IMG/VR virus record: IMGVR_UViG_3300025806_000014
Span: 1-64,000 of that record
Strand: one strand, 5' to 3'
DNA: 64,000 nt
Origin: a virus
The translations under genes and the position numbers were made by a program. Under the pieces are notes generated by a model. It searched no databases and was not told the DNA's origin. It saw only the letters and a list, made by a program, of their open reading frames with translations. Shown here piece after piece: positions 61,105 to 64,000 of the stretch (position 1 is its first letter; every line of letters starts with the position of its first letter).

Positions 61105-61668
61105 TTAACCTAAGCTGTTAAGATACTTATCAATGCTTAAGCTACTTTTTTCAAATTTATCTGCCCATCCTTTTTTATATCTAGCATCAAATTCTCTTAC
61201 ACTATCTATGGAGAGTGGTCCTTTAAAAAATGGCCTAGATGATATATCTCTAATCTCTTTTAAGTTTTTGGAAATCATATATAGTTGAACCTTTTCAAAT
61301 AGTTCTGATAATCCAACTTTTGTTTTGGTACACATAACCGATTCTATAACTACATAAAATCTTTCTCTATCTTTTTCATTTAATCTATCTTCTAAAGCTT
61401 TAGCAGTTTTAAAGTCTTCAGCCTTAAGAATCATTTTCCTTGCTCTATTTTCAAACATATGTCTAAAATTCATATCAAAGAAATGCTGTTTAAGAAATCT
61501 CATATTATCATAAAACTTAATAATACGAATTTGATAAAGAGGATTTACCGGATCCCATTTGGAATCTAAGATTTTACCTTTAACTGGTAAAAGTATGTTA
61601 GGATTAGTATGAGATGCTAAAAGGCAGTATACATTTTGTCCTTTGTTAAATATCCTATGTGTTTTCAT
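61105..61668 (-). CDS. Hypothetical protein (187 aa)
   Basis: ORF overlapping the upstream gene by 4 nt; basic. Confidence 0.7.
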   Translation of the reverse strand: MKTHRIFNKGQNVYCLLASHTNPNILLPVKGKILDSKWDPVNPLYQIRIIKFYDNMRFLKQHFFDMNFRHMFENRARKMILKAEDFKTAKALEDRLNEKDRERFYVVIESVMCTKTKVGLSELFEKVQLYMISKNLKEIRDISSRPFFKGPLSIDSVREFDARYKKGWADKFEKSSLSIDKYLNSLG

Positions 61669-62054
61669 TCAAATTCTATTATGTCATCGAATAGCTCAGC
61701 AGTGCCGTTGACAGTAATATCAGGTGAATGATAAATTTTATAAGTAATAGGTTTATCAGATAATGATTCTACGTATGTTTGTATTCCGCCAACCGTTTCT
61801 TTATTAAGATTTCCTAAAACATAAAATATTGTTGTAGAAATATTACGACCTATTGCATTTTGTAACTGTCTCATTAAATAAGATGATACTACTGCATCTG
61901 AAGGTTCGTATTGATAAAAATCATTTTTTGTAAGTTTGTTAAATATATCCATATAATTTATACACTCAATACTTCTAGGAACATTACCTAAAAAAGTTTT
62001 GACGCGTAATGCATCATTAGAGTATATGAAATTAAATTCTATATGTTCTTCCAT
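61665..62054 (-). CDS. Hypothetical protein (129 aa)
   Basis: ORF overlapping both neighbours; alpha/beta pattern. Confidence 0.7.
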   Translation of the reverse strand: MEEHIEFNFIYSNDALRVKTFLGNVPRSIECINYMDIFNKLTKNDFYQYEPSDAVVSSYLMRQLQNAIGRNISTTIFYVLGNLNKETVGGIQTYVESLSDKPITYKIYHSPDITVNGTAELFDDIIEFE

Positions 62055-62368
62055 TCTTCTAATTCCTTAAGCTCACTCTTAAGTTTCTTTATTTTAAATT
62101 CAATATCTTTAGGAGTAGGTTCAAAGTGAGTACCCCATTTTGTATTAATATCTAATACAGTTTTATCAAATTTACTACCAACCTCTAAACCGAGATCATC
62201 GCATAAATCAAAAAAGAATCTTTTTACATAACTGTATTGATTCTTATCATTTTCATTTGATTCATAAACATCAGTTGAGGTAAAATGTTCTCGCCCTCCA
62301 CCATGATTATCATCAATTACTTTTTTGATTACACCATTTCTGGCAGGTTCTAAAATTATCTTAATCAT
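62039..62368 (-). CDS. Hypothetical protein (109 aa)
   Basis: ORF abutting the upstream gene. Confidence 0.7.
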   Translation of the reverse strand: MIKIILEPARNGVIKKVIDDNHGGGREHFTSTDVYESNENDKNQYSYVKRFFFDLCDDLGLEVGSKFDKTVLDINTKWGTHFEPTPKDIEFKIKKLKSELKELEEWKNI

Positions 62369-62755
62369 TTACGATTTTCTTTTGTATAAGTTTTCTCTTA
62401 GTTCTTTGAAGACTTTTCTTGCCTCTTTCTTATCTTTATGCCAAGTAGACTTATCTTTAATTGTAATAAGAGCTAATGCATCTCTTAACTTTTCTATTTC
62501 TTTATCTGTATAACCTTGTTCTTTCCAATATGCTATCTTATTATTTTCAACTTGTTCTAATTTGGCATATATAGATTTTTCAGCAGCTTCAACATTAGCT
62601 TCATGTATCTCTTTGCCTTTTTCTCTAGTTTGTTTACAGATTTCTAACCAGTCTTTAAATGATAATTTATTTTTCATTTTTAGAATTCCTTGGTGTTTCA
62701 TAGCCGCTCTTCTTTGGCGACGGTTAGGTATAGTTTGATTTGCAGTCTCGCTCAT
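62369..62755 (-). CDS. Basic helical hypothetical protein (128 aa)
   Basis: PNRRQRRA motif, Lys-rich; AATATATA box upstream. Confidence 0.7.
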   Translation of the reverse strand: MSETANQTIPNRRQRRAAMKHQGILKMKNKLSFKDWLEICKQTREKGKEIHEANVEAAEKSIYAKLEQVENNKIAYWKEQGYTDKEIEKLRDALALITIKDKSTWHKDKKEARKVFKELRENLYKRKS

Positions 62756-62794
62756 ATGATTAATTTTATTATATATTACTAGCTATTAAGTGTG

Positions 62795-63352
62795 CTATTC
62801 GCCTTTGTACTTGCTCTCGATTAATGATTGTACACTGTTGTGTAAACAGTCTAATATTTCATCTTCAGATAATTGATCTAAAATAAATGATTGTAATTGT
62901 TCATTAACTTCTTCTTTATCAAATGATGTACTCATTAATTCATAAACACCTTTAGTAGGAATGTTTACAGGAAATTCTAAAAGAAGCTTTACTTTATTAT
63001 TTTTCTTTTGTTTATCAAATAAAACTCTAATAGGTGATGGTGTAGTATCTAAAGCAGGAATAATAGGATCGCTCTTGGTAATTGGATCTACTGGTGTAGC
63101 ACTTTGGTTTAAAGGATCAACAGTTGAATTTGGGGTGTTTATAAATTCACCAGCTATATCCGCATCTAATTCTTGTATAAATTCAGATCTCAATTCTGTT
63201 GATAATCTACCACCTTCATTAAATGTTATCCAATCAGGACCTTCTTCTTTGATAGTAACTACTGAACCAGATTGGTCTCCCTTAATCCACTGGTAATATT
63301 TAAGCTCCTGCACTTCTTCTTGTGGAGTTTCCTCAATGTTATCTTTTTGCAT
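62795..63352 (-). CDS. Hypothetical protein (185 aa)
   Basis: ORF with its own promoter-like motif upstream. Confidence 0.7.
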   Translation of the reverse strand: MQKDNIEETPQEEVQELKYYQWIKGDQSGSVVTIKEEGPDWITFNEGGRLSTELRSEFIQELDADIAGEFINTPNSTVDPLNQSATPVDPITKSDPIIPALDTTPSPIRVLFDKQKKNNKVKLLLEFPVNIPTKGVYELMSTSFDKEEVNEQLQSFILDQLSEDEILDCLHNSVQSLIESKYKGE

Positions 63353-63368
63353 TTGTTGTCTATTTATT

Positions 63369-63396
63369 ATTATACTTTAAATATAATAATTGTTTA
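63369..63396 (-). promoter_or_regulatory. Putative promoter TAAAC-N17-TATAAT
   Basis: Minus strand CTTAAACAATTATTATATTTAAAGTATAAT. Confidence 0.55.
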
Positions 63397-63403
63397 AGAT
63401 ATG

Positions 63404-64000
63404 TTAAGATTTGTAAACTTGGTAAGTCATAGAACATGGTTGGTTAAAGTAACTTGCTTCACCACTTAAATTTTCAACAGACCATCCAAAGTAAATTAAA
63501 TCACCAACAGTCATTTGTAAAGCTGCATCACATACCATTTCATGTGCAAATATACATGTACTACCATTTGCTCCTGTTTGAACCTGGTGAGATGCTGTAT
63601 TAGTTGTTCCTGGGAAAGGTATTAATGTTTGTGTTGCATTTGCAGGATCCCATGTACCATTTACATTAATATAAGATGCCGTTGTTCGTAAAGCAGATAA
63701 GTTGGTAACTGTTCCAACTGCTGTTCTATTAAACCATAATACTCCACGAATGGTAATTGTATCACCAATTCCAAAGTTTTGATTTACTCTATAACCTGCA
63801 TTCATATTATAAGTATTTAGAGCACCTGAACCAGATAAAACTATAGCTGTTTGGTTTTGACTAAATCCTGGGCTTGATGGTAAAGATGCACCGGTGCTTT
63901 GACCGAAGCTATAAAGACCTGCACCATATTCAGGAATAAATGCCCTATATTGTCTATTTCCTGCCCAGAGTAATGTTTCACCACTACCACTACCACCAGA
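63404..64000 (-). CDS. C-terminal part of a probable fibre/structural protein (5' end outside the window)
   Basis: The frame stays open from 64000 (SGGSGSGETLLWAGNRQYRAF...) through the Met at 63805 used by the ORF track. Confidence 0.8.
   Translation of the reverse strand, partial: SGGSGSGETLLWAGNRQYRAFIPEYGAGLYSFGQSTGASLPSSPGFSQNQTAIVLSGSGALNTYNMNAGYRVNQNFGIGDTITIRGVLWFNRTAVGTVTNLSALRTTASYINVNGTWDPANATQTLIPFPGTTNTASHQVQTGANGSTCIFAHEMVCDAALQMTVGDLIYFGWSVENLSGEASYFNQPCSMTYQVYKS

Noticed and set aside
63404-63805. Stand-alone 133-aa gene
   Set aside because: The frame is open to the window edge, so this is the C-terminus of a longer protein.
1-64000. Stop-codon reassignment, as seen in some jumbo phages
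   Set aside because: Genes are full length and densely packed under the standard code, and TAA, TAG and TGA all occur as real stops.

Overview
This AT-rich window is part of a large T4-like (myovirus-type) jumbo phage genome, and essentially all genes lie on the minus strand. In transcription order (right to left) it holds: the C-terminal end of a fibre-like gene; five small uncharacterised genes; a baseplate/neck module (gp48/54-, gp53-, gp27-, gp5-, gp13-, gp25-, gp6- and gp7-like genes plus several very large structural genes) with a ribosomal protein S1 and an amidoligase gene embedded in it; a Hint-domain fibre; a spanin-like gene; a gp3-like gene; and a replication/recombination block (RuvC-like, GroES, gp32, primase, UvsY, UvsW). 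Next is a cluster of proteins with T4-style capsid-targeting/protease-cleavage motifs, including two RNA-ligase-like proteins (one fused to a nuclease-like domain) and a NadM-like HIGH nucleotidyltransferase. The left end is a fibre module ending in a giant ORF missed by the ORF track (7592 to beyond position 1), with about 773 in-phase, apparently proline-free Gly-X-Y triplets. A-rich starts without Shine-Dalgarno motifs, a TAnnTTT-like promoter and the spanin-like gene suggest a Bacteroidota host (inference). No tRNA, rRNA, CRISPR array or transposase was recognised. All product calls come from motif reading by eye, not from database searches.
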